The notes below the pieces were generated by a model that had not been told where the DNA came from, searched no databases, and saw nothing but the letters and a program-made list of their open reading frames with translations. This document shows, one piece after another, positions 46,644-55,059 of a DNA stretch of 64,000 nt. Source of the DNA: Parcubacteria group bacterium Gr01-1014_20 (lineage in GTDB: Bacteria; Patescibacteriota; Minisyncoccia; UBA6257; 2-01-FULL-56-20); the NCBI GenBank assembly GCA_007376265.1, contig VMFW01000009.1, positions 70,592-134,591 of the forward strand. Reading direction: 5' to 3'. Both the position numbers and the translations under genes were made by a program. Every line of letters starts with the position of its first letter. Positions within the stretch are counted from its first letter, which is position 1.

Positions 46644-47876
46644 CTAGCCGATTTCCTTTTTGCCAACGTAATCTCGAAGAGCTTTGGGCACGATCACCTT
46701 CCCTTCTTTGGTTTGGAAGTTTTCGATGATGGCGATCACGGTTCGGCCGATGGCGAAGGCGGTGCCGTTTAGCATGTGAACGAATTCTTTTTTTCCGTCT
46801 CTGGTTTGATACTTGGTGTTTAAGCCACGAGCTTGGTAGTCGGTGGTGTTGGAGACGGATTGGGTTTCGCGGTACTTGTTTTCGCTCGGAAGCCAGGTTT
46901 CGATATCATACTGACGAGCGTCGGCAAAAGTCATATCGCCAGTGCAAATTTCCATAACTTGGTATGGAAGTTCAAGGGCTTTCATTAACTTTTCTTGCAT
47001 TGATAACATAAACTGATGCTGTTTTTCAGAATCTTCGGGCTTGGAAAAAGTAATCATTTCGACTTTATCGAACTGATGGACGCGTAATATACCTTTGGTG
47101 TCTTTGCCATAACTCCCCGCTTCGCGGCGAAAACAGGTAGAAAAACCAACGTAGCGTTTGGGTAAGTCTTTTTCATTGAAGGTCTCGCCCATATGATAAG
47201 GACCGACCGAGTGTTCGGACGAACCCACTAAATAAAGATCGTCTTCGGTGATATGGTAAGCGTCTTTATCTTTAATAAAATTGCTTTTACCCATCGCTTT
47301 CATAATTTCGGGCTTGACCAAAACCGGAGGAACAATCAAAGAGAAACCCTCTTTAATCAAAGTCTTCATGGCGAGATCAACGAGGGCAAACTCGAGGAGC
47401 ACGGCCTCATTTTTCAAATAACCGAAACGGCTCCCGGAAATTTCGCCGGCTTTTTCGACGTCGATTAAATCTAGGTTTTTAGCAAGGGTTAAATAGTCTT
47501 TGGGTTCAAATCCGAAATCGGGCTTCTTGCCGACTTCTCTAAGAACCTTGTTTCCAGCTTCATCCCTGCCAACAGGAACGTCTTCAAAAGGAAGGTTGGG
47601 GAATTCTAATAGAAGGGTGTCGCGCTTTTGGGTGGTTGCTAAAAATTCTTCTTCAAGGCCCTTAATTTCGTCTTTGAGTTTTTTGGCTTTTTCAACGTCT
47701 TTGACCTCACCGGCTTTTCTTTGTTCGGCTCGAAGATCTTCAGACTTCTTGGTTAAATCTCGCCATTTTTCATCGAGAACCAAAAATTCGTCTACTAATT
47801 TAGGGTTGACGCCTTTGGCAAAAACGCCTTTTTTGACACGCTCGGGATTTTCTCGGATAAGCTTGATGTCTAACAT
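46644..47876 (-). CDS. serS: seryl-tRNA synthetase
   Basis: Start at MLDIKLIRENPERVKK (ATG at 47876); the track ORF has a 40-aa spurious extension. N-terminal coiled-coil arm and class II core; about 410 aa. Confidence 0.85.
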   Translation of the reverse strand: MLDIKLIRENPERVKKGVFAKGVNPKLVDEFLVLDEKWRDLTKKSEDLRAEQRKAGEVKDVEKAKKLKDEIKGLEEEFLATTQKRDTLLLEFPNLPFEDVPVGRDEAGNKVLREVGKKPDFGFEPKDYLTLAKNLDLIDVEKAGEISGSRFGYLKNEAVLLEFALVDLAMKTLIKEGFSLIVPPVLVKPEIMKAMGKSNFIKDKDAYHITEDDLYLVGSSEHSVGPYHMGETFNEKDLPKRYVGFSTCFRREAGSYGKDTKGILRVHQFDKVEMITFSKPEDSEKQHQFMLSMQEKLMKALELPYQVMEICTGDMTFADARQYDIETWLPSENKYRETQSVSNTTDYQARGLNTKYQTRDGKKEFVHMLNGTAFAIGRTVIAIIENFQTKEGKVIVPKALRDYVGKKEIG

Positions 47877-47938
47877 GATTAAAATAATAACCCAGAATTT
47901 GGGTTTAGTTAAGGCTTTAAAACGAAAGATTTTTAGCT

Positions 47939-47944
47939 TATAAT
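47939..47944 (+). promoter_or_regulatory. -10 element TATAAT for thrS; leaderless transcript predicted
   Basis: TATAAT overlaps the first in-frame ATG (47943); the second ATG (47952, MSKDELK) lies 8 nt downstream of the -10. No SD. Confidence 0.45.
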
Positions 47945-49178
47945 GCAATTTATGTCTAAAGACGAACTGAAGCCAGAGGAAAGCAAAAATGACCACCGAG
48001 CCATTGGTGAGGCCTTAGATTTGTTCTCTTTTCATGAGGTAGCGCCGGGGACGGCTTTTTGGCACGGCAAGGGCATGATTATCTTTCGAGAGCTGGAGAA
48101 GTTAATTCGAGGGGAATTAGACCAAGTTGGATACGAGGAAATCTCGACGCCGATTATGGTGAAAAAAGAAGTCTTTGAAAAATCTGGGCATGCCAAATAT
48201 TATCGAGAAAACATGTTCGAGCTTGAAGACGGAGATCAGACTTACTTTTTGAAACCGATGAACTGCCCAGAATCGACTTATGTTTATGGCTCAAGAATCC
48301 GAAGTTATAAAGATTTACCTTTGCGACTATCGGAGATTGGACGTTTACATCGCAATGAACTATCAGGGGTTTTAGGTGGACTTTTTAGAGCGCGGCAGTT
48401 CACGATGGACGACGCGCATATTTATTTGCGGCCAGATCAGATCCAGGGAGAGGTTTCTTCACTTTTGAAGTTAGTGACGAAGGTTTACGCCATTTTTGGT
48501 TTTAGTCCGAAGTTTTATTTATCGACGATGCCGGACAAAGCCATGGGCGACAAAAAAGCGTGGGAGAAAGCCGAAGAGGCACTCGAGATGGCGTTAAAGG
48601 AAAATGGAGTAAAACATGAACTCAAAGAAAAGGACGGAGCTTTTTACGGACCGAAGATTGATATTGAAATTAAGGATTCTCTGGGAAGGAGCTGGCAGTT
48701 GGCGACGATTCAACTAGACCTACTGATGCTTCCCGAGCAGTTCGGCTTAACTTATATTGACGAGGAGGGGAAAAAACAGAAACCCATGGTCATTCATCGA
48801 GCGGTTTATGGTTCTTTTGAAAGATTCATCGGAGTTCTGCTCGAGCATTTTGAGGGAGCGCTCCCGCTTTGGCTCTCCCCTGTCCAGGCGGTGGTGCTAC
48901 CAGTGAGTGAAAAATTTACGGGCTATGGAAAAAAAGTTTTTGACGAGTTAAAAAACGCTGGAATTCGAGTAGAAATTTCAGATGCGAATGAAACATTGGG
49001 CAAAAGAATCCGCGAGGCGGAGGTTAGAAAGATTCCTTACGTGATTGTGGTGGGAGAGAGGGAGGAGTCGGGAGATTTTGTAAATGTTCGACGGCGTGGT
49101 TCGAAAGATAATACGGAAGTTAAAGTTTCGGAGCTGATTTCGAGGATTAAAAAAGAGATTGAGGAGAGGGCTTTGTAA
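47943..49178 (+). CDS. thrS: threonyl-tRNA synthetase, N-terminally truncated form (catalytic + anticodon-binding domains only; no TGS or editing domain)
   Basis: Class II motifs: HRELEKLIRGEL, FRARQFTMDDAHIY, and C-terminal anticodon-binding domain. Only 411 aa versus about 640; the true start may be 47952. Confidence 0.8.
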   Translation: MQFMSKDELKPEESKNDHRAIGEALDLFSFHEVAPGTAFWHGKGMIIFRELEKLIRGELDQVGYEEISTPIMVKKEVFEKSGHAKYYRENMFELEDGDQTYFLKPMNCPESTYVYGSRIRSYKDLPLRLSEIGRLHRNELSGVLGGLFRARQFTMDDAHIYLRPDQIQGEVSSLLKLVTKVYAIFGFSPKFYLSTMPDKAMGDKKAWEKAEEALEMALKENGVKHELKEKDGAFYGPKIDIEIKDSLGRSWQLATIQLDLLMLPEQFGLTYIDEEGKKQKPMVIHRAVYGSFERFIGVLLEHFEGALPLWLSPVQAVVLPVSEKFTGYGKKVFDELKNAGIRVEISDANETLGKRIREAEVRKIPYVIVVGEREESGDFVNVRRRGSKDNTEVKVSELISRIKKEIEERAL

Positions 49179-49407
49179 AGTAAAAGAAAACCCAAGCATA
49201 GCTTGGGTTGAAACCTTGTCTTTGGTTTTCGATTTTTGATTTAAGGGCAAGGAAAAATACCAGCCCGAGAATCACGGCAATGAAAAGAAATAGAGTCGAC
49301 TTCCTCGGCGAGACGCCCAGAGTAATGTTCGTGATCAGATAGAGAATAGCCACTCCCATAATCACGCAGAGAACCGCGAGCGCGTATATGTCGTATACCT
49401 GGAACAT
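49147..49407 (-). CDS. possible small two-TM membrane protein (weak)
   Basis: 86-aa ORF with two hydrophobic helices. Overlaps the thrS 3' end and a hairpin (49190..49210), so it may be spurious. Confidence 0.25.
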   Translation of the reverse strand: MFQVYDIYALAVLCVIMGVAILYLITNITLGVSPRKSTLFLFIAVILGLVFFLALKSKIENQRQGFNPSYAWVFFYFTKPSPQSLF

Positions 49408-49454
49408 CCCTCCTCCCCGCTCTCGATGGAGAATCTGATCGGTGGATTTGAAGC

Positions 49455-50399
49455 TTACATAGATTCAAGTTCGTCGAGATCGACATCCTGGGCTTCATAG
49501 AGAAATGAGCAGTCTATACCTAGCGGCAAGAGAGCGCTACGGAACTCACCTTCAAAGTTGCGCAGGTCCGTCTGATCTCTCCTTGAGTCATGATGGGTTA
49601 CGAAAACTGATTTTGGCACTTCACTGCAACGTTCGAGTGAGGCCAAAATCATCTCGGGAGTTGAATGGCCCCAGCCGATCATTGGAGTGGCCGGCGAATC
49701 CATCACACCAACTTTGCCAAGATATTCGCCTTCACGCAGTTGGCACTCGACGACCAGGAAATCTGCGCCATCCACGAACCTCGCAAAGTTCTTCTGATGG
49801 TAAGCGCTTGAAAGCTCAACATCCGTGGCGATGACAATAGACTTCTTATCGGAAAGCTGGATACGATAGCCGCAGCTCTCCCCGGGATGATTTTGAAGCG
49901 AAGTGAGAATGTCACGATCGAAGACCACGAGACTGGCACCCGGTTTGAAATCATAGATGCTGGTCTGACACTTGGGCGCAATTGGCCAATGAGAAGTATT
50001 CAAAAGCCTCTCGTTCCAGAGCTGATTCGGTACTACCCCTCCCACCTTAGGACAAAAGAACTGAGTGAGCGGGCTATCGGGCCGATACAGCAGTGGATTC
50101 AGGTGCATGCCTTCAATGTGATCGTAGTGGTAATGAGACTGAAACATTGCCACCTGCTTCGGCTCAGCCTGTTGAATGGCATCACCAGTGATTTGAACGC
50201 CGAGTCCGTTGTCGATCAAGAAGGCGACATCTTCGTCGATAATCGCGAAGGACGTGGTAAGTTGACCAAATTCTCCTCGATCGAGATCTCTCTGCATCCA
50301 GATCTGGGGCGGAGTGTCACTCCTGCTCACACCTAGTTTGAGTCGCCTGGCGGGCGCAACGGCGCCACCAGTGCAACCACCAACAATCAGACAACGCAT
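49455..50399 (-). CDS. MBL-fold metallo-hydrolase
   Basis: HxHxDH motif in MFQSHYHYDHIEG; 314 aa. Confidence 0.6.
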   Translation of the reverse strand: MRCLIVGGCTGGAVAPARRLKLGVSRSDTPPQIWMQRDLDRGEFGQLTTSFAIIDEDVAFLIDNGLGVQITGDAIQQAEPKQVAMFQSHYHYDHIEGMHLNPLLYRPDSPLTQFFCPKVGGVVPNQLWNERLLNTSHWPIAPKCQTSIYDFKPGASLVVFDRDILTSLQNHPGESCGYRIQLSDKKSIVIATDVELSSAYHQKNFARFVDGADFLVVECQLREGEYLGKVGVMDSPATPMIGWGHSTPEMILASLERCSEVPKSVFVTHHDSRRDQTDLRNFEGEFRSALLPLGIDCSFLYEAQDVDLDELESM

Positions 50400-50498
50400 T
50401 TCGTTTCCTCCTATTTTTGAGATGTTTGATTATCAAAAGAACGAATCCATATTCTAGTATATTTGTGTTAAAAAGTCAATCTGAATACACAAAGAAAA

Positions 50499-50522
50499 AC
50501 CCGCGCCTTTTGGACGCGGGGT
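50499..50522 (-). terminator. intrinsic terminator downstream of yajC
   Basis: Minus strand ccccgcgtcc-aaaagg-cgcggg followed by TTTTTCTTT. Confidence 0.55.
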
Positions 50523-50540
50523 AATACGAAGAACGAGTGA

Positions 50541-50840
50541 TCAAGAAACAACTTGGAGGCGGTCGAGGCTGCGGCGCACCGTAAAGGGATTGCCTTTGCG
50601 ATCTTTCAGCTCAACCACAGCTTTTTGGCCGACGATGTCGACAACCTTACCGACCTTGCCGCCAGTTATGACGTTGCGGTCAATCTCGATTGAGGAGGCC
50701 ATGCGATTACCGAAGGCCACTTCCTCTTTCGACAGACGGCCCCAGTTTTTGAACAGATAGATGAGCAGACCCGCCGATGCGATAATCAGAACCGCTATAA
50801 GCCACGGCTCCACCTGCTGAAGCGTTTCTAAAGACAACAT
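50541..50840 (-). CDS. yajC: preprotein translocase subunit YajC
   Basis: Single N-terminal TM then ITGGKVGKVVDIVGQKAVVELKDRKGNPFTVRRSL, characteristic of YajC; 99 aa. Confidence 0.75.
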   Translation of the reverse strand: MLSLETLQQVEPWLIAVLIIASAGLLIYLFKNWGRLSKEEVAFGNRMASSIEIDRNVITGGKVGKVVDIVGQKAVVELKDRKGNPFTVRRSLDRLQVVS

Positions 50841-50861
50841 CTTGACCCTCCTCCTTGAGCG

Positions 50862-50984
50862 TTACGGGTTGGACTGCTGTTTTTTCTTTTCCGCTTTAGC
50901 GATCTCTTTCTGAACTTCATGCCAGACCAAACCGATGCCGATGATCGCGATCACAACACCCAAAAAAGATTTAGTGCTCGCCAT
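50862..50984 (-). CDS. small single-TM peptide (40 aa), unannotated
   Basis: Manual translation MASTKSFLGVVIAIIGIGLVWHEVQKEIAKAEKKKQQSNP. SD AAAGGAGAAAA directly upstream. Not in the ORF track. Confidence 0.5.
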   Translation of the reverse strand: MASTKSFLGVVIAIIGIGLVWHEVQKEIAKAEKKKQQSNP

Positions 50985-51114
50985 TTTTCTCCTTTGACGC
51001 CGGCTTGAAGAGTCGGCTTAAGAGCAACCCTCCGCCACCCACGACGGCAAAAATGATCAAAACGATGACGACGTTTTCCACCGTGAAAGGCACGGGATCA
51101 AATAAAGGTTGCAT
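50971..51114 (-). CDS. small single-TM peptide (47 aa), unannotated
   Basis: MQPLFDPVPFTVENVVIVLIIFAVVGGGGLLLSRLFKPASKEKNGEH. SD GGAGGAG 4 nt upstream. Its stop overlaps the start region of the next peptide gene. Confidence 0.5.
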   Translation of the reverse strand: MQPLFDPVPFTVENVVIVLIIFAVVGGGGLLLSRLFKPASKEKNGEH

Positions 51115-51126
51115 GGCTCCTCCGAT

Positions 51127-51234
51127 TTACAGCTTAAATCCGAGTACTCGTTTTGACAGCCACCCAAGAAAGCGATCTTGGGCGAGACCAATCAAAAGGA
51201 TGACTGAGACAACAAGAGCGACTTGCAAGAACAT
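51127..51234 (-). CDS. small single-TM peptide (35 aa), unannotated
   Basis: MFLQVALVVSVILLIGLAQDRFLGWLSKRVLGFKL. SD GGAGGAGGA 6 nt upstream. Confidence 0.45.
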   Translation of the reverse strand: MFLQVALVVSVILLIGLAQDRFLGWLSKRVLGFKL

Positions 51235-51303
51235 TTGATCCTCCTCCAGCTATGATTTTGACAACCTGACTGTCTCGGGGTATTATATTACATATTTATC
51301 AAA

Positions 51304-52215
51304 ATGTCAAGTATCAAGAAACCGCCTAGGATACTAGTGGTTTTAGGCCCTACGGCCAGTGGGAAATCGGCTTTGGCGATTCGACTCGCCAGGAAGTTTC
51401 GAGGCGAGATAATCTCAGCTGATTCGCGGCAGGTTTATCGCGGAATGGATATCGGAACCGGAAAAACCATGAGAAAAGAGATGGCAGGCGTCCCCCACCA
51501 CCTGCTTGACGTCGCCTCGCCAAAACAAAAATTCACAGTAACGCGCTATCAAAAATTAGCAGGCAAAGTCATCAAAGATATTTTGAAGCGTGGCAAGCTG
51601 CCGATCGTCTGCGGAGGAACAGGACTTTATATTGACGCGCTAATTTATGACTGGAAACTGCCTGAGGTAAAACCCAACTGGAGACTTCGCGGTGAGCTCG
51701 AAAAAAAATCGATTGGAGAACTTTTCCGGCGACTTGAAAAACTGGACCCAAAGAGGGCAACGGAAATAGACAGGCATAACCGCCGCCGACTAGTGCGAGC
51801 GTTGGAGATTGTGATAACGACTGGACAATCCTCACATTCTAACATTCTGCAGAATGTTAGAATGTCTGAATATAACGTTTTAAAAATTGGGGTTAAATTG
51901 TCAGACGAAGAATTGAAGCGGCGGATAAAAAATCGATTGCTAGCGAGAGTAAAGCGAGGAATGGTTCGGGAGGTGAAACAGTTGCGCGCTCAAGGTTTGA
52001 GCTGGAATCGCTTGGATAGTTTCGGGCTCGAGTATCGATGGGTTTCAAAATTTTTGCGAGGCGAGATTTCCAGATCAGAAATGATTGAGAAATTGAATTC
52101 GGAAATTTGGCACTACGCCAAGCGGCAAATGACTTGGTTTAAAAGAGATAAAAATATGAAGTGGATTTTAAAAAGCTCTGAAGCGGAGGGGTTGACTAGG
52201 GGGTTCCTGCGGTAA
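51304..52215 (+). CDS. miaA: tRNA dimethylallyltransferase (contains an in-frame palindromic insertion)
   Basis: P-loop VLGPTASGKSALAIRLA, DSRQVYRGMDIGTGK. Residues SHSNILQNVRM are encoded by the 32-nt palindrome at 51834..51865. Confidence 0.85.
   Translation: MSSIKKPPRILVVLGPTASGKSALAIRLARKFRGEIISADSRQVYRGMDIGTGKTMRKEMAGVPHHLLDVASPKQKFTVTRYQKLAGKVIKDILKRGKLPIVCGGTGLYIDALIYDWKLPEVKPNWRLRGELEKKSIGELFRRLEKLDPKRATEIDRHNRRRLVRALEIVITTGQSSHSNILQNVRMSEYNVLKIGVKLSDEELKRRIKNRLLARVKRGMVREVKQLRAQGLSWNRLDSFGLEYRWVSKFLRGEISRSEMIEKLNSEIWHYAKRQMTWFKRDKNMKWILKSSEAEGLTRGFLR
51834..51865. repeat. 32-nt perfect palindromic element copy 2 (ACATTCTAACATTCT-GC-AGAATGTTAGAATGT) inserted in frame within miaA
   Basis: 30 of 32 nt identical to the copy at 23121..23154, with compensatory C/T and G/A changes that preserve perfect self-complementarity; the centre creates CTGCAG. 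Confidence 0.7.
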
Positions 52216-52284
52216 TCCCTCGTTCGCTCGGGATGATTGAATCGCTAAACTCATATTTCGTTAAGTGATTCTAATCAAATAAAA

Positions 52285-52311
52285 ACTCCCCGAAGGTTCT
52301 AACTGGGGAGT
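52285..52311 (-). terminator. terminator hairpin (actcccc...ggggagt) overlapping the 3' end of the 52299 gene
   Basis: Plus-strand A-run precedes the stem, giving a T-run after the hairpin on the minus strand. Confidence 0.4.
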
Positions 52312-52607
52312 TGTCGCAAAGTCGCGTATACACGCTTATGGCTTAGGTCGCCTTCGGGCGGGGCTTCAATTCCTGCCACTTTAGCTCCGCCAACTAGCCT
52401 CGATACCGCGTTTTGAAATTTGTCTTTCAAGGAGCTAAATGAGCTTCGATCGTCTTCGGAGATCATCGTGCCTGACCTGGCCTGGATAGCCAAGCTCACC
52501 GCGTAATCCTTTAGTTCAATGGTGGCGGTGACAAGCTGGGTCCAGATTGGTCTTAGAGCAGGATTTCCCTCGTAACTAGGTTTGAGGTCTTCAAGTTTCA
52601 AGGCCAT
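52299..52607 (-). CDS. hypothetical protein (overlaps the upstream ORF by 17 nt; possibly one frameshifted gene)
   Basis: 102-aa ORF. The weak SD is only 1 nt from the ATG, so independent initiation is doubtful. Confidence 0.35.
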   Translation of the reverse strand: MALKLEDLKPSYEGNPALRPIWTQLVTATIELKDYAVSLAIQARSGTMISEDDRSSFSSLKDKFQNAVSRLVGGAKVAGIEAPPEGDLSHKRVYATLRQLPS

Positions 52608-53061
52608 GCTCCTTTAGGGTGTCGGCGACGAGGTGGTCGCTAACCGTTAGCGCCCAAGCCGCGATTTGATCTCGGTCGACTCCGATTTTCTTCCGCCAAT
52701 TGTTGTCGAGGTCGGCTCGATGAAAGGCTCGGGAAACGACATTCAGTTGGCTAATTAGTGAATCGTGAATGGCTTTCTTGCCCCGGTCGGCAACTTCAAA
52801 GTCGTGTCTGGTTTCTGGAGTGCTCCCTTCTGATTCCCACTTCAACTTTGCACCCAAGAATGTACTTTCGGCTTTGGCGTAGCGAAGTAGGTGGTTTTCA
52901 AGATCGTCGATTAGCTCGGCTACGGCTGGGTCTTTTTCAGCGGCCACTTTCATGTCGAGGAAGATACCAAAATTGATATCTTCGGGATTTTCAGCTATCA
53001 ATTCGTCCTCCTTTTTTCGGCCCCACAGTTCGCCTAAAAAATCTCTTTCCCCAAATGGCAT
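52591..53061 (-). CDS. hypothetical protein
   Basis: 156-aa acidic ORF; no motif recognised. Confidence 0.4.
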   Translation of the reverse strand: MPFGERDFLGELWGRKKEDELIAENPEDINFGIFLDMKVAAEKDPAVAELIDDLENHLLRYAKAESTFLGAKLKWESEGSTPETRHDFEVADRGKKAIHDSLISQLNVVSRAFHRADLDNNWRKKIGVDRDQIAAWALTVSDHLVADTLKEHGLET

Positions 53062-53211
53062 GATTGTTTATAAACTAAATTATGGCTTTTGTCAAACAAA
53101 TACGATGCATTTCTTTGTCTCCACCTAATTTTACTATCTTATTACCAAAATTAAAGTCCTACGAATAAAAAACACCCCGCTCTCCTTTTGGAGAACAGGG
53201 TGGGTGTGCAA

Positions 53212-54111
53212 TTACCAATTTCTAACCACAGACGGTGATTCCGTGAAACCAAGATAGACGAAGTGGATATCTCTCGAAGGGCCAACACGGAAAGCTCTCC
53301 ATCCATCCGCCTGGAACTCACTAACCCACAAACCGGACATGTCGGTGAACATGCGATTGTCGAGGAAACACTCCTCAATCTCGTGGTAGGCCTTGGGGCC
53401 ATCCAGAAGACTCGGCAGACTCTCTTCGTCAATCCCGAACTGCTCTTTTATGACGGGGAAGAAATTACTTCGACCCCTACTGCCTTCTTCATCGTAGGCG
53501 GTAAAGAGGCTCGCGGCGCGCATCACGGCCAGATTGTCTTTTACTTTGGCCTCACTAACACCAACGGGCACGGTTTGGATCATGGCGTAACGTGCCACAG
53601 TGAGGCTGTCGATGTCGGGATGCCAGCAAACTGTCGAGGTATCGTCGGCATCTCGTTTCAAGATATGGATGCCGCTACCGTTGGCAAATTCCTGGCCACG
53701 ATGGATAAACAAGGCGTAGAGGTTTTCATTCACTTTGCGAAGTCGAACCCCATCTTGGATTTCCACGGGGAAAAAATCACTGTAATCGCTCTGGGTATTT
53801 AGAAATCCCCATGAGCCACCCCGATTAAGATTCATAAAATCTCCAGACCGACTCACCCCGCGCATGAAGCAGGTAAGGAACTCATCCAAGATGTGACCGG
53901 CGCTAGCTTGGTCTACCATGAAAAGATCAGTTTCGAGTTTTTGGAAGCTCTCTTGATAAGAGAACTGCGCCGGTGAGTAGGACAAGCAGTCGATCTCGTT
54001 GGAACTTACGGCGCTCGTGCCGCAAGACGGGAGATCGCCGGCGAACGAGACGTTGGGAATCGCGACAATCACCATGATTGCAACGATAAATCCGAGCAAG
54101 AACTTCTTCAT
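53212..54111 (-). CDS. secreted hypothetical protein (signal peptide)
   Basis: Start moved to MKKFLLGFIVAIMVIVAIPNVSFA (Sec signal peptide with AxA-like cleavage site). Cys-containing mature region. The track ORF extension to 54234 lacks support. Confidence 0.5.
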   Translation of the reverse strand: MKKFLLGFIVAIMVIVAIPNVSFAGDLPSCGTSAVSSNEIDCLSYSPAQFSYQESFQKLETDLFMVDQASAGHILDEFLTCFMRGVSRSGDFMNLNRGGSWGFLNTQSDYSDFFPVEIQDGVRLRKVNENLYALFIHRGQEFANGSGIHILKRDADDTSTVCWHPDIDSLTVARYAMIQTVPVGVSEAKVKDNLAVMRAASLFTAYDEEGSRGRSNFFPVIKEQFGIDEESLPSLLDGPKAYHEIEECFLDNRMFTDMSGLWVSEFQADGWRAFRVGPSRDIHFVYLGFTESPSVVRNW

Positions 54112-54460
54112 TTCTTCTTCCTCCTTAGGAAGGGGTTCTGGGTGAACTGCGTTTTTAATTTTCAAGCTGCTAACGTCGAAACATCTTAATACAAAATCTA
54201 GGTTTTTGTCAATATGCGAGATATTTTGGAACAAAAAGAGCGCTCGACTGGGCGCTCTTTTTAAAATCGTTTTCCCATCAGAAGAGTCGAATTAATTGAA
54301 GTCCCTCGATTGATTCGGGATTTCGCTTCGCTCAACCACTCTGATAGGAGGGGGAGCTGATACATCGTACATTGATGTCTGACCCTCCCCCTTTTTCCGA
54401 CATCTCCGTTTCCGGAGTGACTGGCTGCAGTGTCGGGCTGCGCCGCCGATGATTCCGAGA

Positions 54461-54547
54461 TTAGTTAGACTCTTCGCGAGTGCGAATGGCATCCGCAATG
54501 TCCGTTGTCGTTGTGCCGTTTGGCAGAATGACGATTGGATATGACAT
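54461..54547 (-). CDS. 28-aa peptide with strong SD (unannotated)
   Basis: MSYPIVILPNGTTTTDIADAIRTREESN, preceded by GGAAGGGAGGTGATCGT-ATG. A GC-rich stem-loop lies downstream at 54336..54395. Confidence 0.4.
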   Translation of the reverse strand: MSYPIVILPNGTTTTDIADAIRTREESN

Positions 54548-54582
54548 ACGATCACCTCCCTTCCTTGGGTTTGATGGCTGAA

Positions 54583-54861
54583 CTACTGAATCAGTCCTCT
54601 GATCCGAGACTGCGATGCTCCTCCCGCCAAGACGTGATCGGGAAGGACATCCACGTGAAAGAAGGCGTGGCCGAGGCTTTCCAGTCCGGACATGAATTTC
54701 GTTGATTCGTCGGGGTTTTGGCCCTGGCGAACCCAACGTTTGACGGAAGCATTGACGCTTTCATCGGTCGCTTGGGGGTCTTCCCACTCTATGGTGAGAG
54801 AATCAATGAGTTCCCCGTTAACGACCAGCGCAGTGAGGTGTAGGTTATATCGGGCAATCAT
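54583..54861 (-). CDS. hypothetical protein
   Basis: Start set at MIARYNLHL (92 aa); no motif recognised. Confidence 0.4.
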   Translation of the reverse strand: MIARYNLHLTALVVNGELIDSLTIEWEDPQATDESVNASVKRWVRQGQNPDESTKFMSGLESLGHAFFHVDVLPDHVLAGGASQSRIRGLIQ

Positions 54862-55059
54862 CTTAAACCTCCTTGTCGGGCAGGCGAGAAGAGTTAACTT
54901 CAACCTGTTTCTGCCCCTATTATACCATACTGTTTCCATATTTGTCAAGAGCTTAAACCCTACGGAAAATAGGGATTTTTTGAGTTACGGCTTGATTTAG
55001 GGGGTAAAAAAAGCCCCCATCACCCTTAAATAAAGGAGATGGGGGCGTAGAAGTTGCTA

